From: Octopus vulgaris
Taxonomy: Eukaryota
Assembly (NCBI GenBank): GCA_951406725.2
Contig: OX597827.1
Coordinates: forward strand, 73,346,001-73,410,000
Direction of reading: 5' to 3'
Length of the DNA: 64,000 bases
Below are positions 11,934 through 25,262 of this stretch, one piece after another (position 1 is the first letter of the stretch; each line of letters begins with the position of its first letter). Made by a program: the position numbers and the translations under genes. The notes under the pieces were generated by a model. That model saw only the letters and a list, made by a program, of their open reading frames with translations, ran no database searches and had not been told where the DNA came from.

Positions 11934-13099
11934 TTATAAATTTCTCAATATTCTTTTCTGGCTCACCGACTTCAGATTACTCAATATTTTAACGTCCACG
12001 AATATCCTTGTCTATTTCCGTACAATACTACACATAACAAATTCTTGGCTGATTTTATTTACTATTGTTACCTTTTATACCTATACCTATATTTCATATT
12101 TAAGCACAAACTACTCAACATCAACATTTTTCTATTTTGGCATGAATAAGATCCGAACAGATGAAGAGCCACACAGATGAATAATGAGAAGCACTCCAAA
12201 AACAACAACAATAGAAAAGCAAAGAAGCGCTACAACGCCAACACAACCCGTTCACAATAATCGCCGCTGGTCTGACCATACAAGGCCGTCGACTCCTCAA
12301 TATGCCGCCGATACCTCGTCCGTCCGCACGTGAGCGACCTCGCCTTCGCTGTCCTTGGCGCACACCACATTGCGCTCCGGCAACCACCGAGCTCGAGATG
12401 TTGGCGTAACTGTGGGCTCCTAGTCCACCACCACTGTCTTTGTCTGGACTGAGCTTCAACTCGCTTCCGGGCAGACGACGTTGTCATCGCGTTTCCTGCC
12501 GCAATCGCGTGACCCCCTCCATCTGCCGGCAAACTACGGAAGCTCGCTGTCTGTTGCTGCTCCGTTGGTCGATGTCATCCCAGGAACGTCATTGCACGTT
12601 CTCGTGCCTTGCGCGACCAATCGTCCGTAATTTTTTTTTCTTTTATCAATTTAAGGAAATAAACATTCGCATTAAATTCCTCTAAAATCTACTGCTGTCC
12701 CCAACGCGAGATATTATATCTACATCACTATTGTACGCTCACACATCTTCCAGGGATCGAAGTACAATCTCCTAGCCAACATCACAAGCTTCATAAAACC
12801 ATATTCAGGTGCAGTACTACCAACACGTGATTTTCCCACAAGTAAAGAAATAAGAAACCACCCATCAGAAACAAGAATAAAATCAACAGACCCAATACAA
12901 ACCTTTTCAACAACCCAGTAAACTGGAGAAAATCCTGTAGCAACAAACGACAAAACCGCCAATGTAACCACAGCTTTATCCACCAAATATTCCTTAACCA
13001 GACAAATTATTCGTTCTTACCCACCCCCGAAAAATGGCAAAAAAGATTCAGATAAATGTCTTGACTGTCATACTGTCCCTTTGTCGTTACTCCCAGTGC

Positions 13100-15097
13100 A
13101 TAAGCTGGTCCCTCGCTGACATTAAAACATAAGTATCTTTCGGGACCATAAAAAAATGTAATCAAGCCACTACTCTAATCTTACCATTTTTGCTGAATGC
13201 ACAAATCATCAGGTCATCCTTTAATGCGAAGAGATAAAAGATTTAACACTGGACTACCGACCAATAAGGAATATCACTGTGACCCGTGCAGATCGCAACG
13301 GCAGAAGAAAGAGAGGATTTGCCGTTTTGCTACATGAAGCATTCACTGCAGATACGGATGTTTCATGCACCGTACTGTGAATCAGTAGCTACGTATAACA
13401 AATCCCAATGATTTTGTTATAATTAGGGTATACAGGTCATTCCAAGAGCCTTTACTCTTCTTCAAAGACTGACTAAACAATATTTAATCTTTTATTCAAC
13501 AGTGTCAATCTGGTAGCATTTTAATGGTAGACGACTTCAATTTCCCCTGCGTTGACTAGTCTATTTATAACTTGAAAGCAATTCAGTCCAAGACAACGCA
13601 ACAGTGGAGTCACTTTATTGACTAATTTATCCTTTTCCAACTCATGCTAGAGCCAACGAGCTTCAGCAAAAACCTATTGGACTTAATGTTTAGTAACCAT
13701 ACTGACATTGTTTGTAATATTGCAGAGGAAAAAGGCTTTTCTTTCCGACCATAACAAATCTGATTTCTCACCAGAACACTCTTTGACCGCATGGATCTTC
13801 ACAATGGAATGTAATCACTCAGGATCTTTCGCTTATTCACTCGTTTCAAACAGCATCAATGTATCCTGGAAGCTCTTTGAGGACACTGTCACAAATATAT
13901 ATTTATGATGTTCTCCATTACAGTCCATGAGCCAAACTAAATATAAACAAGCAAAAAATATATAAAAACCCTAATAAAGAAACTAAAAAGGATGAGTCAA
14001 AAATCGAGCGACTAAAGTATTGGCATCAGCGACAGGCGTACTTGACTGACAGAGTTTTTCTCGAATCAAGTAATGCCATCTTATATAAATCGATTCAATC
14101 CCAAACTGTTCTACTCCTTTGCCAAAAAGCAAATGGTCGCTGTAACATTCGCTGAACCTTTGATTGATGAGGACAACATTCTCTTTAGTGAGCGAAAAGC
14201 CATGGGTGAGATTCTGCAGAAGCAATACTGCTCTGCTTTCAGCAATGCAAGTATGGTTAATCTGGACAGCATCTGTGAAGCAAACCTCCTGCACACTCTA
14301 TCCATTATATCTCTTGACGTCCTGGATATCAGAGCACTTAGAAGCAAAATTAAAAGCAACTGAGGTGTGAGTCCCGATATCTTTCCCACTAGAGTTCTGG
14401 GGGGAATGATGACATGAATTTGTATTGTCTCTAGCTATTCTCTGAATAAAATCACTGGACGTTGGCTATTTTGCTGAAAATCGATTGTCCCTGCTTTCAA
14501 AAAGCTAAAGAAATTACTCCCAGCGAATTACCAGTCTTACTTCATTATCAAATTATTTGAGAGAGGGGTGAGGTCTCGAGTATGTCACTTCCCTTAAGTT
14601 TGTCGACTCATTTCCATACAATATGTTTTTACAACCAGCAGCGGCTTCCTAAGACAGCGCTTGCATCATTTTAACCACACCCTAGAGGCCCTGAGGGTTC
14701 TATTCCCGTACCATTTATCTTGCCTTCAGCGAGGCTTTCGATAAAGTTGATCACATTATACTGTCAAAGTAACTATCCAACACAGAAATCAGAGGGAAAT
14801 TATAGAAGTGTTTCCTGATGAACGGACCCAGCATGTGGTGTTCGATGGTGTTCGATCAAGCTCAGCACTTCTCATTATTGGAATCCCTCAAGGCCCTGTT
14901 TTGGATCCATTTCTCTTTGTTATTTACTTTTGTGGCACCACTGACGTTATCAAACTCACCAATATAAACACTTTCGCGTATGACTGAAAGATTTTGAAGG
15001 TCATCGACAGTGTAGGAGACCAAAAAACCTCCAGTTGGATGTGCTCGCTGTTATCCAATGGGTGAAAAACCACAATATGCCACTAAGCGATGATAAA
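13100..15097 (+). mobile_element. Decayed CR1/L2-group LINE, endonuclease and RT (left part)
   Basis: Motifs DRNGRRKRGFAV, VDDFNFPCVD, IYLAFSEAFDKVDH and IGIPQGPVLDPFLFVIY, with multiple frameshifts. Confidence 0.85.
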
Positions 15098-15519
15098 TCT
15101 TATAATAATTCTGCTTGTCATTAGGGTACTTAGCCCATCAGTAATGCTTTCACGTGATAAGAGAAAAGGAGGACGAAAAGGGAGAGAGAGAAAAGGAAGG
15201 CGAGAGAAACCTCCATGATATGAGATTGGAGGAACATGATTGTAAAGCTTTCACGTGATTAGTTGAAGGGAATTAGAGAACAAGAGGAAGAAATCGGAGA
15301 GAGAAAAGGATGATAAGGTGAGAGTGAGGCATGAAGAGGGAGAAAGAAAAAGAGGGTGAGAGAAAAGACAGAGAGGAGAAGTGTCCATGACATGTGGTGA
15401 GGGGAACGTAATATTTATTACGTGGTTAAAAAAGAAAGTTGAAGGTAGTGATATAGAGGAGAGTTAGGAATAAAATTTTAGCGGAGTGATGTTCTGGTAG
15501 TGAGATTAAGGAAAGGCAG

Positions 15520-15665
15520 AGAGAAGGAGTGAGAGAGAGAGAGAGAAAGAGAGAGAGAGTGAGTGAGTGAGTGAGTGAGTGAGTGAGTGAGTGAGTGAGT
15601 GAGTGAGTGAGTAAGTGAGTGAGTGAGTGAGCGAGTGAGTGAGAAAGGGACAGACAGAGAGGGAT
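15520..15665. repeat. (GA)n/(GAGT)n microsatellite
   Basis: Directly visible. Confidence 0.95.
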
Positions 15666-15759
15666 GATGATGGTGGTGGTGGTGGTGATGTTGTTGGGTG
15701 CATAGTGGAAAGTACTTTTTTTATAATTGAACTAAGTTTTTTTTATATCACCTATAACT

Positions 15760-16000
15760 TGACGCATGCGCATCCTAATCTTGCCATTCACCTCAGAAAG
15801 AAACCAGTTTCTGTTCGCCTGTTATATGCAATCGCTATCAATAAATCACAAGGGCAGACATTTTTGATAAAGTGGGGTTGTTCTTGCCTAAACTTGTCAC
15901 GGTCAGGTATATGTTGCATTCGTAATGGCTCTCAGATTATCTGATGTTAAAGTTATCAACACTGACAAAGGAAAAGAAACGGGAAAACTTACACGAAGGA
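15760..16000 (+). mobile_element. Helitron PIF1-like helicase C-terminal fragment, within an insertion (about 15098-16825) that splits the LINE
   Basis: LRKKPVSVRLLYAIAINKSQGQTF...GQVYVAF corresponds to helicase motifs (RRQFPVRLAYAMTINKSQGQT...HGQLYVA). A|TCTTATAATAAT at 15098 resembles a Helitron 5' end. Confidence 0.75.
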
Positions 16001-16349
16001 CATATTCTGCAAAGAAGTATTGGATTGAAAAGTGTGCGCAAATTGAAATGTGTATTGGCTCCGACCCATCGACCTGCCGTATAATTTACCAACGATATGG
16101 TTTTCAGAGTGTGCCATACTGCATTAAATGTTTACCACCGTGAAAATGTGGGCCCAATATTTTATATATAACATAATTTTTTTTAATATAAAATGTTTGC
16201 TTTCTAGATATGAAATTGTGACCATGTAAAATTTAAAATGTAAAACTTTCCCCGTTTTGGAGATAAATGCAAAAAAAAGAGTAAATATTTATTTTATGGG
16301 TGCTGTGTATTAAGTCTATAGAATTGTGCATAAAGTATATAAATGATAT

Positions 16350-16582
16350 ATATTTCTTTACTGTCCACAAGCAGCTAAACATAGAGGGGACAAACAAGGA
16401 CAGACAAAGGGATTAAGTCGATTACATCGACCCCAGTGCGAAACTGGTACTGTATTTATCGAGCCCGAACGAATGAAATGCAAAGTCGACCTCGGCGAAT
16501 TTTGAACTCAGAACGTAACGGCAGACGAAATACGGCTACGCATTTCGCCCGGCGTGCTAACGTTTCTGCCAGCTCGCCGCCT
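16350..16582 (-). mobile_element. SINE family A, full monomer
   Basis: Complete head GGCGGCGAGCTGGCAGAAACGTTAGCACGCCGGG on the minus strand. Confidence 0.85.
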
Positions 16583-16829
16583 TCAAGTATATAAATGATA
16601 TATATAAAGTGCATTAAGTAATCATCGTTGTCTAATTTCCTTCACTTTTCAATGAAGAGCAGATGAGCAACTATCATTTGATACAGACAAAACACAGTCT
16701 ACGCTTTCAGGCTTTTGTATAAAGTTTTCGGGAATAACCCAATAAGTTTACTATTAATTCCATGAAATATTCACGGACTCCAAAAATTTGAATTAGTTCA
16801 TTTCGGAAAAGTGGCTGCACATAAGCTGC

Positions 16830-17500
16830 TATATACTGTTCTCTTACATGAAACCTTTAGTGGTATCAATCACTGTAAGGACCTCGGTATAACAGTCGAT
16901 AATAACTTAGCATAGGGTGACCACATAAACAACAAAACTAACATGATTCGTATGTTGTGCTCCTGGATCCTAAGAATTTTCAGGTTCAGAGATGCTCCTA
17001 CCATTATCATTCTCTTCCCTACCAAAACTCGTCCTCAACTAGAATACCGTTGTGCGCTTTGGTCTCTCGACATGAAAGTAAATATCATAAAAATTGAAGC
17101 ATCCCAGAGATCAATCAAAGAAAAAGCAAGACATGTCAGGGCTTGAATACTGGGATCAGCTCCAGAAACACAAACTTTACTCCCTCCAACTTCACCATGA
17201 GCGCTATATCATTCGTATAATGTGGAAAATATTCCAATATTGATCAGACGGTGTTGTTATCAACTGTAAAGTTCACCCTAGACTTGGACCCAATGCCATT
17301 CGTCCTCTACAAAAATCCTCCTCGCGTCCAATTACAACACTAAGACAGAAGCATTTCACCTCAACTGGCCCTCCTTTCTTTAACATCTTGCCAAGACACA
17401 TAAAAGAAGAAAAGATCTCATGGTATTCAGGCATTCCCCGGATGAATATCCCGAACAAATTCCAGATAAATCAAGTACACCCGGATAAAACTCTGCCAAC
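16830..17500 (+). mobile_element. CR1/L2-group LINE ORF2 C-terminal part (continuation of 13100-15097)
   Basis: KDLGITVDNNL..HI and CSWILRIFRFRD...RPQLEYRCALWS...IEASQR. Confidence 0.8.
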
Positions 17501-17668
17501 AATAACTCTTTACTCGCATGGGCTATGGTACCCAAAACATGATTGTAACAGGAAACATGATTAAATGTTTTATTAGTGCTGCTACTAAGTTAGTCATGGC
17601 CTGGGTACATTCTGTCCGAAAGTCATTTAAGTATCTAAGTATCATAACCACAACAAATATGTACTTAC

Positions 17669-17812
17669 CATATGTTTTCTTGGCACACTTCTCTCCATAC
17701 CATCCGTCTTCGCAGCCACGTTTACACTTTCCAGTAATTTGGTGACAATATTCCGCTCGAGAACAATGACATTCATTGATACAGTCTTTACCATACAATT
17801 GTGGTGGACATC
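17669..17812 (-). CDS. Gene 1 exon: laminin-type EGF-like repeat
   Basis: AG...GTAAGT, 144 bp, phase 1-1. Encodes (G)CPPQLYGKDCINECHCSRAEYCHQITGKCKRGCEDGWYGEKCAKKTY. Confidence 0.92.
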
Positions 17813-18546
17813 CTAAATTGATAACATCGAAACAGTTTCTTTGTAAATGAGCATTAAAATAAAACAGTTATTGAATATAACATTCAATCTTACAAGATCT
17901 CACATATAATCAACAAGAGATTCTATATTTCAAGAATATCTCTTGATATAGAATCTCTTGATGTAGCTAACAAGAGATACTATATATCACATTTACAATC
18001 TTAAAATTGCAGAAATTCGCGCACATATATGAAATAAAAAATTATGCGATTTCTGTATATATAGAAGCTACATAAGCTACAGTTGAGACACTAGCGTATC
18101 CAGAGTGTGTGCTGCCCGGGGATCAGCCCTTCCGTTTGCCATCCCGGACCCCTCAAAAGCACATATTGCCTATAGCAGACTCAAAAGTGATGCTCCTTTA
18201 TAAGTGCTGCCAGTGGCGGACTACCCCTACCGCCACCCAACCGTAGCTACGCTAATGAGTTAAGGACACTTTAAAGCATTATAGCTTGAGAAGAGAGATT
18301 TAAAAGGATTATATCAAACAGAAATCAACAGTATGTTAACATTGCAGTTTTAAGTTACGGGCACACTGGGCAGTTGTGTAGAGGCCTCTTGTTTCTAGGG
18401 GCCCAATTATGATGTATATATCATGTGTCGTCCTGTCAGTATGTAAATATTGTAGGCACTAGTTCAATGACTTGCTCGGAGCGAGGGCTACACTGCTACT
18501 AAGGTGTGCTAAGGTCGTGTATATGTATGGGTAATACACACATATA

Positions 18547-19010
18547 TATATAGTTACTCCAAACATGAACAAAGAGAAAACACAACAACGCGAGGACGTG
18601 GAACAGGTGTAGTGTTATTGGACGCCCAGGAAAGGAAAGAAATAAGGAGGATTTAACGTTTCGAGCGGAGTTCTTCGTCAGAAACATAGAAAAAGGAAAG
18701 GTTCAAGGAAGGGAAGACGGAGAAAGAGAATCGCCAACGATACACATGCGGTCACATATTGAACTGACAAGAAGGGAATGGGTGAAGAAAAATTGCAAGA
18801 GAAGGCGGTATGTGTGTGTATGTGCATTCGCTCAGGTCTGTGTGTGTGCGTGTGTGTGTATGTGTTTTTGTAATGATAGCACGTGTGTGTGTGTGTATGT
18901 GTGGTTGTGCATAGTATCGTTTACGGTCATAGGAAGAATTTATAGTAGGAGTGGCTCCTGTTGTGTGTCTACTTACACATGTGCTTATACATATATACGT
19001 GTGTGTGTGT
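18547..19010 (-). mobile_element. PLE terminal fragment with minimal hammerhead motif (18655-18681), abutting (TA)n
   Basis: Homologous to 54645-54853. Minus strand reads CTGACGA-A-GAAC-TCC-GCTC-GAAAC-GTT. Confidence 0.65.
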
Positions 19011-19014
19011 GAAG

Positions 19015-19180
19015 TATATTTGCCATCTCAATGTGGCTAACCTCTAGGGCTGATCTCCCATTGTAAATACTGATAGGGCACAGAAAGTGGGTCTATAGCA
19101 ACCTGGAGGAGTTGTTCTCCTGGGGCTACAAGCTACAGCAACATCCACCCTTAGTGGTTAGCGATATTGAAATGATAAAT
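19015..19180. mobile_element. Internally deleted copy of the fold-back element at 4684-5291
   Basis: Both ends are present: TTTGCCATCTCAATGTGGCTAACC and CCCTTAGTGGTTAGCGATATTGAAATG. Confidence 0.75.
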
Positions 19181-21689
19181 AAACAAATCGCAATATATTA
19201 TCTAAGCATATTTTTGGTAAGTTTTCGTGACCTTAACGTTGGTCCAAATGATACTTTACTTTCAGAATGCTTTCCCATTGCGGTTCAGCTTCTAAATTAT
19301 TACATCCTGAAAACTTCGAAGCACAGGATGCTATATCCATTGGCAAACCGTTTCTAACTCAAAAGCTATTGTCTCAGAGAGCACAGATTTTATTGGAGTT
19401 ATTATAAGATTATTTACTCTCCGTGAGTTCTAAACATATAAATCATTGCAATGGTCATTAAAGTTCTGGGCCACATCTCGTAAAATAAATCTAAAATTTA
19501 CTAGATTCTTCCTCTCTCTACACTAAAACCTATATCTCTCTTTCGACATTAAATTTCCGTCATATTTCTCTTGTCCGTTTCCTTAATCGACCTACCAACA
19601 AATACCGAATAATACTTCCTCTCGTCTAGTCTTAGTTTACACCCAAACATGTCTGTACAGTTAAGCTTGTACTGCGATTGCATTATCATTGATTCTGTCT
19701 CTGTATCAAAATATCGCTTTTCTATCTTTCGCCAAGGGCAACACCACTCAACGTTAAATAATAGAAGTTCAATAGTTATTGGTTAGACCTTCATCAATCA
19801 TACCTTGATTTTCTTTGATCGAAAGATGCTTTATCAATCGATCGACTTCTGATGGAATTTATTTTTATCGAAACGACTTCTTTGTGAAACGTTATTTCAG
19901 CGACATTCAAAACGATTTGCATATAAAAGTTTTGCAAATATCTTGTGCACTGATTTCATCTATGGGACTGTTTTTAACTCAGGATAATTACAAACATACA
20001 ATGCATCCTACAAAGAACAAGAATTTTAAATAAAAAGTAATTTTAAATAATATTAAATTCGAACTTTAATAGAAAGCTTTAATCTAAAGGAAAACTTTTA
20101 GCCACCTTCGAATATTATTATTTGTATGTGGCAAAGTATTTTACATAGCTCCATATACATTCCATTACACAGACCACATCCCTGTTTTCAAACTGTGAAA
20201 GAATCAAGAAAAAGTTTTTTGTCACTCAATTTTCTAACAAATTCTTCAAATTTAGATGGTGCATTTCGATGTACAAGTGCAAATAATTGAAACAGTTTGG
20301 TAAGAAAGACATGTTTTCTTGTTATAGCGTATCAACTTTGCTCTAAGGCTATCCGAAATGAGAGAAAAATACATCCAAATAAATTCTCTTCTTGTAAAAT
20401 AATCTAAATCCATCCACATACGTAAAGAGCAATAAAAACACACGCATGTATTTGTCTTTAGAATATAAATAGACTCATTGAAATCTCATTGATTGATTGA
20501 TTGATTGACTGATTCATTGATGGCCCCTTTATAAAATTTGACGATGACCGAGCAGAAAGCATAATGAACAATTAAAGAACATAAAAAAAGAAATAAAGAA
20601 AATAGAAGATTCCTAAAGTTACGTTTGTTAATATGTGGTCAATGGAGAGAATGATTTTAACTGCACGACACCTCGACAAAGGACGAAACCGTACACAGGA
20701 TCACAGCAGCTTCCTCCAGTTATTACACATTCTGTGATTCTGGAACTCTGGAAGTGACAGCATTTCGTTGGTGCAAATATGTGACTCTCCCACCACTGCA
20801 ATGCAATGGTGCCATCTACGGCTGCAAGTAATTTCAGCCATAAAGAATTAATAAGAAACAGGACTGGCTATACAACATTTCGACAACGACGCCGTCACGT
20901 AGTGTTTGGGTAAAAAGAAAAACACCTACGCTGCATCTTCCACACGCCTGAAACTACCATCCCGACTGTAGTTCATAGTTGCTGAGGTATGGAAAAACCC
21001 CCTCAACTGAGTCACCATATCACGAAATATGCCCACTGTCAAGATAAAGTCAAGACAACGGAGTTTGTGTGCTTAAGGAGAGAATTATTAAAGTGGCTGA
21101 AGGGATCTCCAAACTTCGCATTAATATCCTAAAAAATTATTCAAGATGTTTGCCCTGCATTGTGGTTTCCATCCCAAGATGAAATTATGTTTCCATTTGT
21201 ATCAGTTGCTCCTCCTTGGCCAGCCACCGCCAGCAATGAAGCAGTCGAAATGAAGGCTATATAATCCTATCATACTTCATCTGAATGAACTGAAAACAAG
21301 CCACTAAACATACACATACATTTAATGTGTGCAGTTATACGCATTACCGATGTCCATTAACAACCCTGAATTCAGCTATCCATTAACAAGTCTTGTTTTT
21401 CACTATGTAAGATATCTAGAGTCATCTTCCTCACTAAACAAGCTTGATGGGATTATCAGTTTAATCACCGACAACCCGACTGTGTAAAGAATTGCACTGT
21501 TACTTTTTCGATAGTATTTTCAAAGGAACAACCAGACCCAAATTATGAATGATATCCTATACAAGTTACCACTGTACCGACCAGACAATCGGATGTTGTT
21601 ACACTTGCTCGCGTTATCATAGCGTTTGAATAATGCCGCCTCAGGTTGGCTGGGCTGGCATCCCAGCATCCCCTGAACAGAACACCAGT

Positions 21690-21830
21690 TTGCCGAAGGT
21701 CTATCCATTTACAGCTGAGTGAACTGGGGTAACGTCACAGAAGAAATTTACTCTAGAACTCACGCATCACTGGTCCGAGAATTGAAATACCGATTTTACA
21801 ATCATGATGCAACACCCTAACCACCAGAAC
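21690..21830 (-). mobile_element. Degenerate SINE, third family
   Basis: CCATTTACAGCTGAGTGAACTGG...CCCTAACCACCAG resembles a reverse-oriented tRNA-headed SINE. Confidence 0.5.
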
Positions 21831-22026
21831 TTCCATCTCTCTCTCTCTTTCTGCCCCCCCTCTCTCTCGAACAAGATGTGTTAAATAATTTGAGTTATAT
21901 TTTCAAATGCAAATTATGTCTTTATTTGAAATTTATATTTTTATAGGGAAAACTTTTGCAGTCTGTAACACAATTTCTACTGAAAGTTATTATACTTAAA
22001 GTTTTTATGTAGATAAAATGATATAG

Positions 22027-22350
22027 ACGCAAGCGAGGCTGTGGGATACAAAGTTTGCTTCACTATCAGATTTGTCTGGGTTCAAGTCCTATTGCGTGGC
22101 ACCTTGGATAAATGTCTTCTGCTATAACCCCAGGCCGACCAAAGTGTTGTGGTGGATTTAGCAAACGGAAACTGATAGGAGATTTTCGTGTGTAACATAT
22201 GTGTGTGTGTATGTGTGTTGGTCTCCCACAATATCTTGATGACCAGAGTTGGTTTACATTTGCTTAATAAGTAATGAGGTCGATTCATTCGACCAAATAA
22301 AACTTTTCAAAACAGTAGCCCAGCATGGCTGCAGTCCAATGACTGAAGCA
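22027..22350 (+). mobile_element. SINE family B (CORE-like, internal microsatellite), degenerate
   Basis: Similar to 45687-46102. Confidence 0.7.
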
Positions 22351-23207
22351 GAAATATCTGTCATCTTTCGAACTTATTTTGTATAACAATTAATACATAC
22401 TTTTATTATTTTTTTATTTATATTTTTATATATAAAATCTTTATCTTGAGTTGAAAATTATTTCAAACCGCACAAAAGATACAATTATTTTACTTTTTCA
22501 TAAATTAATTCAATAACATGTCTTCTCTTTTAATGGTCTGCCTTGAGTCAGTCTGAGAATTATTCTTATGCCTCTGAGCGTGTATGATAGTTCGTGTGTA
22601 TGTAGATGTGTGGTTACTTACAATTCACTCATGCTCACGAATACAAAATCACAAATACAGGCAGACATATGTGTGTATATATACACAACCACACAGATAC
22701 ACACACACACACAAACACACACTTCGTTTATTCTCCCCTCCGCCTCTCTTATAAGCTACTCCTCATCTACATGCACTCATACAAGCATACCTAAACACAG
22801 GCGTAGGAATAATTCTCAGACAGACTCAAGGGAGAAATTTAAAACAAAGGAAATGTCATTGATGAGGTCAAGAATAGCAACGAATTCACCTTGACACACA
22901 AGCAAACGATTGTTTAACGAACACATAAAACAAGCGATCGGTAAGTTAGGTTGTTAGATATTGAACCGTTTGACTAACAACGAAAATGTTATTTTGAACC
23001 AGTGCGTATGTTTACTGGGGCAATGACCCTCCCAATAAGTTTTCTTAAAGTTTTTTCAATAAAAAAATTGTGTTGATGATAAGATGTGTGATAAATTGTC
23101 GCTTGATAATAGGTTTTGGTGTCACTGATTATGCATGATATGAAATACCACAAATACATTTGAATAAACAATTGGAAATCGCTTTTATTGGTGAGAAATC
23201 AACATAC

Positions 23208-23351
23208 CAAATAACTTAATATGATAAACTCCAGCTTTCCCATTAATATCCAATGCAGCACCCTTTACGTCACCGGTACAAATTGTTCTATTTGTGTTTG
23301 GTTTTAGTTTGCATTCCATTTTATGTGGAAAGGAAACTTTCATTGTTGAAT
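23208..23351 (-). CDS. Gene 1 exon: second half of the unassigned extracellular domain
   Basis: TTCTCTAG...GTATGT, 144 bp, phase 1-1, open. Encodes (D)STMKVSFPHKMECKLKPNTNRTICTGDVKGAALDINGKAGVYHIKLF. Confidence 0.75.
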
Positions 23352-24461
23352 CTAGAGAGAACAGAATATACAATATACGTAAAAACAGAAAATTTATGTC
23401 AGTAAATGTCAGGCTTAAGTAAACATAAATAAAACAAGTGTGTGTATGTGTGTGTATGCGTGTGTGTGTGTATGCGTGTGTGTGTGTATTTATATGTCAC
23501 TAAAGTGAACAGGGTCAATACTCAGTACCAGTATTGCTAGAAATAAGAGTCAAATCAACTCAATAGCCATACATACACATACACATATTTATATATATGT
23601 CTGCATATCAGTGTATATGTCACGAGATCTACTTCACAGCCCTTAACTGCTCCTTTAAAAACTGCAAATCACCATCTTCATCATCAACATCATCATCGTA
23701 TCAACTGGAAATTGAGTATATATGGTATATTTAGCACCCTGTCAGCCAGATCCATGACTACATTTCGATACTAATTTGCAGTGATCTCATTTTTCTTACA
23801 TTATCAATGCACTTGAGTTAGTATGACCCTTGCAGTGTCCTTTCTGCTAAATATTTTGGGCTTTTTATGTCTGCATAGAGAAAACTATTAAATACCACCG
23901 ACTATTTTTCTTAGACGTGCTCTGAAATCAGCCGACATTCGTGAAATGGATAAATATAGTGATTAGAGGAAGAGAAGAGAAAGAAAGATCAAATGGTAAG
24001 GAAAGGTCTACCTTTGCACTGAAATACTTGCATTATTAACATTATTTTAGGTGGCGAGCTAGCATTTATTCCGGCGCTTTCCTCTTAAAATCCGCCGAGC
24101 CCGACTTCGCTTCTAATTCTTCGGGGGGTCGATAAAATAAGAACCACCCTGCACTAATTCCAGTTTGGATTTTACACAAACTTGTAAGAATCTACGTATA
24201 TACCACGTTGCCATTAATTTCAGAGATTCTGCTCACTTGGAATGATCGTTATAAATTTTCTAATAAGCATTAAAAAACCTGCTCAGTCAACGTAAACCAA
24301 TATTTTGATACTTTCATAAAATAATATTATATTGTCATTCAATTGATAATATCTGAATACTGTGTATTTAAAACGAATTAATTTCGATTTATCGTCATGA
24401 AAAATGTAACCACAACAATCATTATCAACAATATAATAGAATGTGAAATATTATTTCTCAC

Positions 24462-24617
24462 CTGTAAAATTACTGTAAATTTCTACAGTACTAAATCTGT
24501 ATTTGTATGTGTTTCTGAATCGTATTACAAATCGGGGTTTCTTTACCTGTTTGTTATCAGAGGAAAATAAATAGGAATCCGTGATCGACTGGTTCGTTAT
24601 GAATTCATGATATTTTC
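24462..24617 (-). CDS. Gene 1 exon: first half of the unassigned extracellular domain
   Basis: TACAG...GTGAGA, 156 bp, phase 1-1, open. Encodes (R)KYHEFITNQSITDSYLFSSDNKQVKKPRFVIRFRNTYKYRFSTVEIYSNFT. Confidence 0.7.
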
Positions 24618-25262
24618 CTGTATATAAAGAAATAAGTTTAGATTATTAAACTGAAAAATCGGAAAATGAATGCGAATACCAACAAACGTGAACAAGTGTT
24701 CAGATAAGTAATGGTATATTTTACAAACAAAAGAGATTTTTTACATTTGAATTACGACAAATATTAACACAAAGAAACTACAAGTTTTATTCTGATTATA
24801 GAAAGAGATTACAAATATTGTAAAAATGTTCTTTTATTTTCCGAAGATGCAGCTGTATTAGTCCTGGTGTATATACTCGAAGGAACAGCCTTTATCCAGT
24901 TTATATTTACATTGTGAAAGAAAATACAAAACAATCCTTCCATCACTACGTTATAGAGAAACATGTGGTGAGATTGTGAGATCTAATACACTGAAGAAGG
25001 AAGGCGCTGAGCTGGGAGAAACGTTATCACGTCGAACAAAATGCCTAACAGCATTTCGTCTCCTAAAACGGTGAGGTAGTGGAACCGTTAGAACGTCGCG
25101 CACGAAGGGCTTAACGGTATTTCATCAGTTTCTGAGTTAATTTCCATTTTACTTTTCATCCATTTGGGGTCATTAAACTAACTATCAGTTGATCAACTTC
25201 CCACGAAATAGTTGCCCATGTGCCAGATTTTGAAAAGTGAAATGAATAAATATATATATATA

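Noticed and set aside
19400-21300. Faint LINE-like RT and zinc-finger words on the minus strand
   Set aside because: Too degenerate, and not in a consistent order.
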